Shown one piece after another: positions 1-7,601 of a DNA stretch of 32,000 bases (positions are counted from its first letter, which is position 1; each line of letters begins with the position of its first letter). The notes below the pieces were generated by a model. That model saw only the letters and a list, made by a program, of their open reading frames with translations. It did not search any database and was not told where the DNA came from. Source of the DNA: Desulfotalea psychrophila LSv54 (GTDB taxonomy: Bacteria > Desulfobacterota > Desulfobulbia > Desulfobulbales > Desulfocapsaceae). A program made the translations under genes and the position numbers. The DNA is taken from positions 2,070,001 to 2,102,000 of the forward strand of contig NC_006138.1 of the NCBI RefSeq assembly GCF_000025945.1. Direction: 5' to 3'.

Positions 1-213
1 CCGGTTTTTGACAAGCTAACTGAATCAGAACAGATAACTATTGATTTAGACGGTTGTTTTGGATACGCAACCAGTTTTTTAGAAGAAGTTTTTGGAGGGT
101 TATCAAGAGAATACGGAGCAAAAAAAGTTTTGGAAAAATTAAAATTTAAATCTGATGAAGAACCTCTTTTAATAACAGAAATTCAGGAGTATATAAAAGA
201 TGCTTCGAAATAA
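1..213 (+). CDS. 3' end of a gene cut by the window edge; C-terminus resembles STAS-like DUF4325 proteins
   Basis: Frame 1 is open from nt 1 to TAA at 211-213 (PVFDKLTESEQITIDLDGCFGYATSFLEEVFGGLSREYGAKKVLEKLKFKSDEEPLLITEIQEYIKDASK). The IDxDG..GY..SFLEExFGGL pattern matches what I recall for DUF4325. It is absent from the ORF track because it has no start. Confidence 0.45.
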   Translation, partial: PVFDKLTESEQITIDLDGCFGYATSFLEEVFGGLSREYGAKKVLEKLKFKSDEEPLLITEIQEYIKDASK

Positions 214-508
214 AGTAGGGATTTTTCTTGTTTTTTTAATTTTAGTAATCACCATTGATTTGTTAACAATCAATTTTCTGAAATGGGACTTTCTAAGTGT
301 TAATTTTTTTAATTGTCGATTAATTGAAATTTTAAGGCTACTTGTAATGATATTTTTAAGTTGTTACGTTGCTTATTGGGTTTCAATTAAAAGTAATGCA
401 ATTCAAAAAAAGAAGGATCTTTGTTTGGTTTTGATAAATGAGGGTAACTTGATTCTATCAGAACAAAAAGAGTTAACACTTTTCGTTTACACAGCAAACA
501 AGCAATAA
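200..508 (+). CDS. small hydrophobic protein (2-3 predicted TM segments), unknown function
   Basis: 102-aa ORF. Its ATG overlaps the upstream stop by 14 nt. Hydrophobic stretches GIFLVFLILVITIDLL and LLVMIFLSCYVAYWV. AT-rich codon usage unlike the rest of the window. Confidence 0.4.
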   Translation: MLRNKVGIFLVFLILVITIDLLTINFLKWDFLSVNFFNCRLIEILRLLVMIFLSCYVAYWVSIKSNAIQKKKDLCLVLINEGNLILSEQKELTLFVYTANKQ

Positions 509-545
509 AGATGATGGCAAGTTAGTTTTAAGTGGCTTTAGGCGA

Positions 546-761
546 ATGAACAATAAATTAGATGCTATAAATATATTGTGCAGCAAAATTGATTCCAAGC
601 TATCTGCTAGTACATTAATTACAAATTTTAAAATAATAAAAGAGCAGTTTGGGGATAGTTATATGGCAGGTTTTGCACTTGAAGATTCAAAAAAAATAGA
701 AAAAAATTTTGATAAATTTGAAAAACTGTTTGATGACTTAAGGATTCAATTGTTAATTTAA
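546..761 (+). CDS. hypothetical small protein (possibly the C-terminal part of a frameshifted gene with 200..508)
   Basis: 71-aa ORF. Its reading frame is already open from nt 477, so it overlaps the end of the previous ORF in another frame. Confidence 0.3.
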   Translation: MNNKLDAINILCSKIDSKLSASTLITNFKIIKEQFGDSYMAGFALEDSKKIEKNFDKFEKLFDDLRIQLLI

Positions 762-897
762 GTATTCTCAGCTAACAAAACGTTGCACCGGATTCGCTGA
801 AGCCTGTCGGTGAACTACCCGTCATACCTATTATTGATTACTATGATTGATCGAGTTGTCAGCTAGGCAGTGGGTATTTTCTTTCATCAGCAAGAGA

Positions 898-921
898 AGA
901 TGCAGTAAGATCTTTGCATCT
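898..921 (-). terminator. hairpin downstream of the last ACP gene (possible end of the long operon)
   Basis: AGATGCA (898-904) pairs with TGCATCT (915-921), 10-nt loop. On the minus strand it is followed by a pyrimidine-rich UUCUCUU tail. Weak U-tract. Confidence 0.3.
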
Positions 922-941
922 CCTCTATTCTGGTTATTAGG

Positions 942-981
942 CTAGCATCTAGCATCTAGCATCTAGCATCTAGCATCTAGC
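942..981. repeat. heptanucleotide tandem repeat (CTAGCAT) x5.7
   Basis: Direct reading: ctagcat repeated at 942, 949, 956, 963, 970, then ctagc at 977. The last unit supplies the TAG stop (977-979, minus strand) of the ACP gene. Confidence 0.95.
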
Positions 982-1243
982 CGATTTCCTGCGAAATAAA
1001 GTCGGCCAAACTAGCAATGGATTCGAGGACCCTACGGCTGGTGTCTTCGCCGCCGATGCGGATATCGTACTGCTTCTGGACCAGGAAGACTATCTCGACG
1101 GCGTCGAGGGAGTCGAGGCCGAGGGGTGAGTCCGGGCCGATGAGTTGGGCATCACTGGGGAAATCGTCGGGGGCATCCATCACCTTGCAGGCATCAATAA
1201 TTAGTAGCTTCAGATTCCTTTCTAACTCTGCTCTCTTCTCCAT
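977..1243 (-). CDS. acyl carrier protein (terminal, third ACP of the cluster)
   Basis: 88 aa. Phosphopantetheine attachment motif LGLDSLDAVEIV. AAGGA Shine-Dalgarno 5 nt before ATG 1243. Confidence 0.9.
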   Translation of the reverse strand: MEKRAELERNLKLLIIDACKVMDAPDDFPSDAQLIGPDSPLGLDSLDAVEIVFLVQKQYDIRIGGEDTSRRVLESIASLADFISQEIG

Positions 1244-1260
1244 ATCTTTCCTTAAAAACG

Positions 1261-1278
1261 GCCCCTCTCAGAGGTGGC
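1261..1278 (-). terminator. GC-rich hairpin plus U5 run lying in the leader just upstream of the ACP RBS (attenuator-like)
   Basis: Minus strand reads GCCACCUCUGAGAGGGGC (7 bp, one bulge) followed by CGUUUUU, then AAGGAAAGAU-AUG. Confidence 0.35.
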
Positions 1279-1301
1279 ACAATATAAATTTATTATAAAA
1301 T

Positions 1302-1317
1302 AGCCTACCTGTAGGCT
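1302..1317 (-). terminator. perfect palindrome AGCCTAC-ag-GTAGGCT followed by AUUUUAUAAU (terminator-like, overlaps a TTCAAG-18nt-TATAAT promoter-like pair)
   Basis: Arms at 1302-1308 and 1311-1317. On the minus strand TATAAT is the complement of 1292-1297 and TTCAAG is the complement of 1316-1321. Confidence 0.35.
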
Positions 1318-1509
1318 TGAAAACCATTGTCTAAAGGGTGTCTTTGAAAAATGAGACTTTTCGATAAATATCAGCTAAGCCCCGACTGCGAGGCATTTGG
1401 AAAATATTACCACAGGCATCGTTGATATCGGAGTCTACGCTTACCTCCGAGGATAAAATTTTTCATACAACGCAGAGATTTGAAGAAGAGACCATTTTTC
1501 GAGGCTCCC
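1314..1509 (-). repeat. dispersed intergenic repeat, copy A (full length, minus orientation)
   Basis: The reverse complement of 1448-1509 matches 31795-31856 at about 51 of 62 positions by hand alignment. The middle block (1390-1417) and 3' block (1331-1368) also match copy C. Confidence 0.85.
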
Positions 1510-2813
1510 TAGAGGGTACCCTTGCCATATCTCCAAGAAAAAACCAAGCGGGAAAGGACAAGGCAGACCAGAAAAAAGCCCAGCAAAAGACCAATATTGC
1601 TCAGGATCGAGTGGATATCACCGCCCCGGACAAAGAGTTCGACAAAGCCCTCTAATCCCCAGGCCAGGGGGGAAAAGCCACTCAGTGTTTTCATAAATGC
1701 AGGCATAACATAGGTGGGAACCATGATTCCACCTATGGCGGCGGCAATGACCACTGAGACGGCACCGAGCATGGAGGCCTGATCGTAGCTACGGGCAAAG
1801 GCACCGAGGAGGAGACCATAGCCGGTGGCCGCCAGGGCCGCACAGAGGGCGAGGAGGAAGACCGCCCCCGGATGATCTCCGAGAAGGAGGGCGGGGGTGC
1901 CAAAGAGGGGCAGAATCCATTTACCCACCGCCAACATCAGAGAGAACTGGATGAGGCAGACCAGCACATAGGCCGCCGTCTTTCCTGCGACGATGACCTC
2001 GTAGGCCACCGGATGGGCAAAGAGACGGAGGAGGGTTCCCTCCTGCCGTTCCCGTAGGAGGGCGGCTGAAAGCGGTACCACAATAAAGAACATACCAAAG
2101 AGGGACCAGGCAGGGACGTTTTGCTGGATGGCATCTGGCGTTTTTATCTCCGGGCCGGTTGTGGCCAGCTCTTTAATGCTGAGAAGTGACTGATTGGCAA
2201 AGAGATTGCTCTCCTCTTCGGTGGGTCTGCCTCTGCTGAATCGTTGTTGCAGGCTGCGCGACAGGCGCTGGCCCTTCATCTCCATCTCCAGCCCCAGAAG
2301 CGCATAGCGAAGTGAGCTCAGGACCGTTGAGCGAAAGGCGCCTTGAACGGTGGGGTCAAAGAAGAGCTCCACCTGACTGTCGACCGTGGCTAACTGCTGC
2401 TTGGTCCCCGGACTGAGAACTTGGGCGCTGAAACGAGCCAACCCCTCTGCCATCGTCTCGCTGCTACCGGCGGGGATGAGGATACCAAACTGGTAGTTAC
2501 CGGCTGCCACCTCTTCTCTTGCCTGCTCTGCCCTGATTGCCTTATCCGCTATGGTTTCTATCAGGGTAATTCCACCCGAGTCGTTGAGACGGTTGCGTAG
2601 CTGCTTGCCCACCTCGGCGCCGTCCTCATCGACAAAGAGGACCTGCAGGGCGGACTGGCCCGTGGCCTGGAGGACATTATTTTGCACCAGGGAGACAATG
2701 AGGACCAGGGCCATGGGCATGACAAAGAGGATGAGCATTCCCGCCCGGTCCCGCCACAGGACCAGAATGTCTTTTATGAAGGTTGCCATAAATTGCTGCA
2801 TAATTCTCATCAT
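1509..2813 (-). CDS. ABC-2 type transporter permease
   Basis: 434 aa. One N-terminal TM, a long extracytoplasmic segment, then 5 C-terminal TMs (YhhJ/YbhS-like architecture). GGGGGAG RBS 6 nt before the ATG. Directly follows the ATPase gene. Confidence 0.85.
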   Translation of the reverse strand: MMRIMQQFMATFIKDILVLWRDRAGMLILFVMPMALVLIVSLVQNNVLQATGQSALQVLFVDEDGAEVGKQLRNRLNDSGGITLIETIADKAIRAEQAREEVAAGNYQFGILIPAGSSETMAEGLARFSAQVLSPGTKQQLATVDSQVELFFDPTVQGAFRSTVLSSLRYALLGLEMEMKGQRLSRSLQQRFSRGRPTEEESNLFANQSLLSIKELATTGPEIKTPDAIQQNVPAWSLFGMFFIVVPLSAALLRERQEGTLLRLFAHPVAYEVIVAGKTAAYVLVCLIQFSLMLAVGKWILPLFGTPALLLGDHPGAVFLLALCAALAATGYGLLLGAFARSYDQASMLGAVSVVIAAAIGGIMVPTYVMPAFMKTLSGFSPLAWGLEGFVELFVRGGDIHSILSNIGLLLGFFLVCLVLSRLVFSWRYGKGTL

Positions 2814-2825
2814 ACTGTTCTCCCC

Positions 2826-3584
2826 CTAATCACGGAGCTGTCGCCCGGTGAGCTGTAGAAACAGCTCTTCAAGATTTTTACAGCCTGTCCTGGCGGCCAC
2901 TAGCGTGGACGGTGCCCCCTCGGCCAAGACATGGCCAGCGTCAATGATGACAATGCGGGAGCAGAGTTGCTGGGCCTCCTCCATATAGTGGGTGGTATAG
3001 AGCATGCTCATCCCCTCCTCATTGAGGCGCTGTAAATTTTCTAAAATCATATTGCGCGACTGGGCATCGATACCAACGGTGGGTTCATCGAGGAAGAGCA
3101 GTTGCGGTTGGTGGACAATACCCACGGCCAGGTTCGCCCGTCGTTTCATCCCCCCGGAGTAGGTAGCAATGGGCCGATCAGCGCTTTCACCCAGACCGAC
3201 CAGTTGCAGGCACTCCTCACATCGTGCCCGTAACCTCTTGCCTGTAAGACCATGCAGTCTGCCGAAGTAGTGGATGTTTTCCCGTGCGGTCAGACTGGGG
3301 TAGAGGGCGATATCCTGGGGAACCAGGCCTATTTTTCTTCGGGCCTGCATGGGTCGGGTCAGCATATCCTCACCGTCAAGGAGGAGGCTGCCCGATGAGG
3401 GACGGAGAAGGGTGGTCATTACCGAGATAGCCGTGGTCTTGCCAGCCCCGTTGGGGCCGAGGAGACCAAATATCTCTCCCCTGCCAATCTCAAGGGAGAG
3501 ACCATTCAGGGCCGGAGCGGAGGCCGTGGGATACTGGACTACCAGTTCCCGGGCCAGAAGGAGGGGCGGAGTTTTAGAAACCAT
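2826..3584 (-). CDS. ABC transporter ATP-binding protein
   Basis: Walker A GPNGAGKTT, signature YSGGMKRR, Walker B LLFLDEPT. I prefer the ATG at 3584 (TAATG overlap with the upstream stop) over the GTG at 3596 given by the ORF track. Confidence 0.92.
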   Translation of the reverse strand: MVSKTPPLLLARELVVQYPTASAPALNGLSLEIGRGEIFGLLGPNGAGKTTAISVMTTLLRPSSGSLLLDGEDMLTRPMQARRKIGLVPQDIALYPSLTARENIHYFGRLHGLTGKRLRARCEECLQLVGLGESADRPIATYSGGMKRRANLAVGIVHQPQLLFLDEPTVGIDAQSRNMILENLQRLNEEGMSMLYTTHYMEEAQQLCSRIVIIDAGHVLAEGAPSTLVAARTGCKNLEELFLQLTGRQLRD

Positions 3585-4585
3585 TAGGCGATACACTCCA
3601 GAACTTGACGAAAGAGCCGATCTTCACGATCGGCGCAGACATGCAGTTGTGCGGCCAGGGCCGGATAGGTGGAACTTGCCCCCTCTCGGCCCTTGCAGTT
3701 GCGGGCACTGAGCAGGGCAAAATAACGCCATAGATCTCCAATCTCGGTCATCTCAGCCGACAGTTCTGCCAACTGTGGCCGCTTGAGGATATCCGCCGCT
3801 TCCTGAAGGAAGGCGGCATAGATAAAGCGGAAACCGCCGCCACCGGTGCCGATCTCCTCCTGCATGCGGATAAGATGGCCAAGATGTTGTCGTGCCCCTT
3901 CGGTACCCAGTTTTTCCGGCCATCTTTCCAGTCGATTTGCCAGGAGGTGAATTCCCCGCGTACCCATAAAGGGGAGGGGGGTGCCTACCATCCGTTTTGC
4001 CACCTCTTTGATGCCCAAGAGGACAGCTGCGGGTAGGTCAACCTCTTCTGGCTTTCTCTGCAGATAGGACATACGTCCACGGGGAGCAAGGGCCCCCTTG
4101 GCAAAACGGGCCCTCTGCAGATCGTTACGATGACAGCGTACCGGTTTATCAAAGACAGGGTCGCTGATCAGATACTCTTCCCCGTCGCGACCATAGACCA
4201 CCAGATTATGGGCGTTAAAGTGAAAACGAAAGGCCGGCGGGAAATAGGGGAGCCAGTAGACCCCTGTCTGCAGTACCACCGGATGGCCCTGCTCCAGGGC
4301 CGCGTCCAGGGCTTGCATACCTGCCTCTTCTCGACGAAAACGCTGGACACGGACGGGTACCCCGAGGCGTCCCGCCGTCTTTTTGAAAATTGCTCCGGGC
4401 GAGGTGCGAAAGGTGATGAGGGGTAGTTTATTTATCCGGACAAAGGGAAAGTAGCCAAAGAAGAGGCCGCCGCCAATACCGAAGGCCAGGGCCTCGGACA
4501 TCTCATAGCCTGAATGGGAGAGGACATTGGCGGTGACCCCGCTTTCGCAGTGGGCCGACTGCCGATGGCTAAATTCTATATTCAC
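3584..4585 (-). CDS. BtrH_N/DUF4872-like protein (papain-fold, ACP-dependent acyl/aminoacyl transferase family)
   Basis: 333 aa. N-terminal HCESGVTANVL with candidate nucleophile Cys, downstream FNAHNLVVYGRD His, glycine-rich GIGGGLFFGY. Pattern recalled from the butirosin BtrH family. GTGA overlap with the upstream gene. Confidence 0.65.
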   Translation of the reverse strand: MNIEFSHRQSAHCESGVTANVLSHSGYEMSEALAFGIGGGLFFGYFPFVRINKLPLITFRTSPGAIFKKTAGRLGVPVRVQRFRREEAGMQALDAALEQGHPVVLQTGVYWLPYFPPAFRFHFNAHNLVVYGRDGEEYLISDPVFDKPVRCHRNDLQRARFAKGALAPRGRMSYLQRKPEEVDLPAAVLLGIKEVAKRMVGTPLPFMGTRGIHLLANRLERWPEKLGTEGARQHLGHLIRMQEEIGTGGGGFRFIYAAFLQEAADILKRPQLAELSAEMTEIGDLWRYFALLSARNCKGREGASSTYPALAAQLHVCADREDRLFRQVLECIA

Positions 4586-5022
4586 TTAACTTCCTCTTGG
4601 CGGGTGCTCTGTTGGGACATCTCTGCCAGCTTAGGTACAAGGTCCAGTTGCTCTATGTTCATCTTAAAAATTGTGGCATAGCGGTTCAGTATTTTGGTGG
4701 ATAACTTCTTATAATGTTTTGCCTGAAGATGTCTTCTCACCCGCCAACGGGCCATCTTTACATAGGAGGCAAGGAGGGCGACATCCATCTGGTTCCTGGC
4801 CATATGATAGACAAGCGGACTGGCACCTTCGGACTCTATCCTGGAGAGGGCTACCATGACATCTGCGGCAATGACCTTCCATGCCTGATCGTTGGCCAGA
4901 TTTGCCGCATCCCAACCTGCACTGGGCACTAGAGCATAGCTGCCGTCTTCCTCCACAGCGTAGGAGACGGCATGCCACTCCTGCAGAATTCCGACATCCT
5001 GTGGAACATCATCTTTTTTCAA
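4582..5022 (-). CDS. hypothetical protein, possible helix-turn-helix segment
   Basis: 146 aa. TTG start preceded by GAGG 5 nt upstream. Segment PLVYHMARNQMDVALLASYVKMARWRVRRHL looks HTH-like. No family recognised. Confidence 0.55.
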   Translation of the reverse strand: MKKDDVPQDVGILQEWHAVSYAVEEDGSYALVPSAGWDAANLANDQAWKVIAADVMVALSRIESEGASPLVYHMARNQMDVALLASYVKMARWRVRRHLQAKHYKKLSTKILNRYATIFKMNIEQLDLVPKLAEMSQQSTRQEEVK

Positions 5023-5029
5023 AATAACC

Positions 5030-6130
5030 TCATTGCTTTTCAGGACGGTTAGATGCGTTCTTCAGGAGGAGGGCGGCATTGATTCCGCCAAAACCGGAGT
5101 TGCAGGTGATGATGGAGGGGTGCCCGAGGGCAAGGGCCTCACTGCCTGAAAGCTGGCAGTCTGTTTCTGCCGGGACTTCAAGGCCCACCGTGGGGGGAAG
5201 GATCATATCCCTGAGGCTGTAGAGCGAGAGCACCGTTTCAACTATTCCCGAAGCGGCAAGGCTATGGCCCAGAGCGCCCTTTACGGAACAGACCGGCATT
5301 CCCGGGGCAAAGACCTTACTAAAGGCCAGGAGTTCCATGGCATCGTTATAGACCGTTGCCGTACCATGGGCATTGATGCCGCCAATGTCTCCGGCCTCCG
5401 CCTTTATCTGTTCCAAGGCGGCTATCAGTCCTGTTGCATATCTGCTGGGCGCAGTTATATGATTGGCATCGCAGCTGATGGACCAGGGACCGAGGGTGGC
5501 AAGCACCGATGAGGGTTCGGCTACTTCTGCCGCCGAGAGGAGGATCCAACCGGCCCCATCGCCTAAGGAGAGGCCATCACGATCTTTGGCAAAGGGCCTT
5601 GCCGCCGTTGCCGATAGGGCCTTGAGGCTGGAAAAACCGGAAAGGACAAACTGGGAGAGGAGGTCAAAGCCGATAATGAGGGCATGGTCGCACTCTCCTG
5701 CCTTAATGCGCATGGCTCCCTGAATGACGGCAATTAGGCCGGAAACGCAGGCTGCACTGACCGTGGTGCCTGCCTTTATTCCAAGTCTTTGGGCTAACTC
5801 CTCTGCCACCTGCCAGGGTTGGCCCTCTTCACGACCACTGCGGAGCAGGAACTCGTCCGTTGCCGCCTTGGTGGTGGCGCAAAAGAGTTGGGTGGCCGGT
5901 GAGAGCTGCGGGAGGCTGGCCAGAAGCCGCTTAAACATATCATTCTGGCGCTGAAGACTGCCCGGTTCTCCTGCCAAATCAGGAATAAAACCTAGAGGCC
6001 ATTCACCTTCCAGGCTCCCAAATTTTTGCAGGGAAATTCCCGTTTTGCCGGCAAGAAGGGCCTGCCAGGTTGATTGCCCATCGCCCAGGGGGGTGAGAAT
6101 ATCTCCGCCAACAACTACAACATCTCTCAT
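5030..6130 (-). CDS. beta-ketoacyl-ACP synthase (complete Cys-His-His)
   Basis: 366 aa. SAACVSG (Cys), NAHGTATVYND (His), KGALGHSLAASG (His). ATGA overlap with the thioesterase gene. Confidence 0.9.
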   Translation of the reverse strand: MRDVVVVGGDILTPLGDGQSTWQALLAGKTGISLQKFGSLEGEWPLGFIPDLAGEPGSLQRQNDMFKRLLASLPQLSPATQLFCATTKAATDEFLLRSGREEGQPWQVAEELAQRLGIKAGTTVSAACVSGLIAVIQGAMRIKAGECDHALIIGFDLLSQFVLSGFSSLKALSATAARPFAKDRDGLSLGDGAGWILLSAAEVAEPSSVLATLGPWSISCDANHITAPSRYATGLIAALEQIKAEAGDIGGINAHGTATVYNDAMELLAFSKVFAPGMPVCSVKGALGHSLAASGIVETVLSLYSLRDMILPPTVGLEVPAETDCQLSGSEALALGHPSIITCNSGFGGINAALLLKNASNRPEKQ

Positions 6131-6600
6131 GATTTACTCCATTTTCCTGTCTGCCATTGATGACGAAACTCTTCAAGCCAGACTGGTGTGATAAAGAGGG
6201 CCATGCCAGCCAGATCAGTGAGGAGCTGTACCGTATAGCCGCTGGCTGCTATTTCTCCTGCCCCGTTTCGGATCAGATAGGAGATGTTGAGACGGGCAGA
6301 CTCCACCCAGTGCAGGGAGGTCTCAATGCTGATCTGCTCATTAAAGTGGAGGGGCCTCTTATAATCCAGATGCATCTGGACAATGGGGGCGGCAATATCA
6401 TGCTGGTGAAAGAGCTCATAGCTCAGACCGCACATATCTCCCAGGGCCATTCTTCCATCCTCTAAGTAACTGGAATATCGTCCATGCCAGACGATGCCCA
6501 GGGAGTCAACCTCTTCAAAACGGATCCGTGTCCGGGCAATGCCCGTAAGAGGTGCAGGTGCCGAATCATCCTCGGGAAAATATTTTTTTATAAAGCCCAT
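6127..6600 (-). CDS. 4HBT/YbgC-type acyl thioesterase (hotdog)
   Basis: RIRFEEVDSLGIVWHGRYSSYLEDGR motif. I place the start at ATG 6600 (MGFIKKYF...) because the 34-codon N-terminal extension in the ORF track runs through a copy of the intergenic repeat. Confidence 0.8.
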   Translation of the reverse strand: MGFIKKYFPEDDSAPAPLTGIARTRIRFEEVDSLGIVWHGRYSSYLEDGRMALGDMCGLSYELFHQHDIAAPIVQMHLDYKRPLHFNEQISIETSLHWVESARLNISYLIRNGAGEIAASGYTVQLLTDLAGMALFITPVWLEEFRHQWQTGKWSKS

Positions 6601-6642
6601 ATTATGCCTATGTCTTAAAATGATAGTACAGATCTTACTGAG

Positions 6643-6678
6643 TAAAGGGTGGCTTGAAAAATTAGACTTTTCTTCAAC
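6643..6678 (-). repeat. dispersed intergenic repeat, copy E (3' module only)
   Basis: The minus strand reads GAAAAGTCTAATTTTTCAAGCCACCCTTTA. This matches copy A at about 29 of 32 positions and matches copy C at 31912-31939. Confidence 0.8.
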
Positions 6679-7078
6679 TTTTGCTGAAATCGCAGCTACC
6701 ATTGCTGACAGACTTACCCTCTTTTTTTACGGTAAACTCGCCATGGTAGAGTTCCTCCTCCGGGGTGAGCCTTACCTCTATCTCTACCTCCTCCCCCGGC
6801 AGTATCGCCCCGGAAAATTTAATTCTTCCATATGCCCGTAGCTGTAGGGCAAAACCGAGGGCCTGCTCTGAGATATGCCGTACTGTGGTAAGCTGGACAA
6901 CGGCGGGCAGGACTGAGTGATCGGGGAAATGGCCGGCAAAGGCGGAAAACGTCTCTGGAAAAACAAAGCTGGCCCTGGCCTGAACAGCTCCCTCCTTCAA
7001 CTCTTTAAGTGCAGAGCTGAGGCAGCAATCTTTAAGAGAGGCATATATGGGAGTATAGGTTTTTTCACTGGGAGTCAT
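6674..7078 (-). CDS. hotdog-fold 3-hydroxyacyl-ACP dehydratase (ApeI/FabA-FabZ-like)
   Basis: FAGHFPDHSVLPAVVQL motif. AAGGA lies 6 nt before ATG 7078 (the ORF track TTG at 7084 is also possible). Overlaps the end of the lipoprotein gene. Confidence 0.75.
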   Translation of the reverse strand: MTPSEKTYTPIYASLKDCCLSSALKELKEGAVQARASFVFPETFSAFAGHFPDHSVLPAVVQLTTVRHISEQALGFALQLRAYGRIKFSGAILPGEEVEIEVRLTPEEELYHGEFTVKKEGKSVSNGSCDFSKS

Positions 7079-7601
7079 TGGCAATCCTTACAAGTTTGAT
7101 TTGTAGCCCTGTTTGGGAGTAGATCGCCCCCGCAAACAGAGAGTCATCGCTCTGTTGTACGGACCACAGGGAGAGGGGGCCAAGGTAGCAGGCCCGCCGT
7201 CTGCCCATCTCTGTCTCTCGGTAAAATGAGAAGATATCTGCCTGGCAGTCGCTGGCCGCGGCGTGGGCAAAAAAGATCCTATAGAGTGATGTTGCCAGCA
7301 GGGTCGGTAGGTGCGAATCTTTTAGCGGCCCCTGCCGAGACTCCATATTTTGTTGGCCCTGTTCGTCAATCTCGGCTGAAAGCAGGGTAACCCCGGTGCT
7401 ATCAAGGAGGGCATAGCTCAGGGGCGTACCGGTTGATTGGAGAACAAGGATGCCGGAAAAGCGTACCTCATCTCCACGGTAGATACGTATACTGTAGAGA
7501 AGAGGGGACTCGGCCCCTTCCTCAAGGTCCATGGGGGGGATCGAACTAGCGCAGCCACTCAGCCCCAGCAGGACCAGAAATAAAATTATTTTTTTAGTCA
7601 T
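7065..7601 (-). CDS. lipoprotein (DUF3261-like, as found in APE clusters)
   Basis: Signal peptide with lipobox LLGLSGC-ASS. 8-nt overlap with the MMPL gene stop. Confidence 0.7.
   Translation of the reverse strand: MTKKIILFLVLLGLSGCASSIPPMDLEEGAESPLLYSIRIYRGDEVRFSGILVLQSTGTPLSYALLDSTGVTLLSAEIDEQGQQNMESRQGPLKDSHLPTLLATSLYRIFFAHAAASDCQADIFSFYRETEMGRRRACYLGPLSLWSVQQSDDSLFAGAIYSQTGLQIKLVRIANDSQ

Noticed and set aside
942-981. Possible CRISPR or other spaced repeat array
   Set aside because: The units are contiguous 7-mers without spacers, so this is a microsatellite rather than CRISPR. No CRISPR-like array occurs elsewhere in the window.
1274-1290. Sigma-54-like TGGCAC (also TGGCAT at about 29655 and GGTGGCC..TTTTTGCT at about 29850)
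   Set aside because: No correctly spaced GC element (GG-N10-GC). The 1274 site is also on the wrong strand for the neighbouring genes.
6601-6702. N-terminal 34-codon extension of the thioesterase ORF
   Set aside because: The extension is encoded by a copy of the intergenic repeat and overlaps the upstream gene by 29 nt. The internal ATG 6600 gives a normal-length 4HBT protein.
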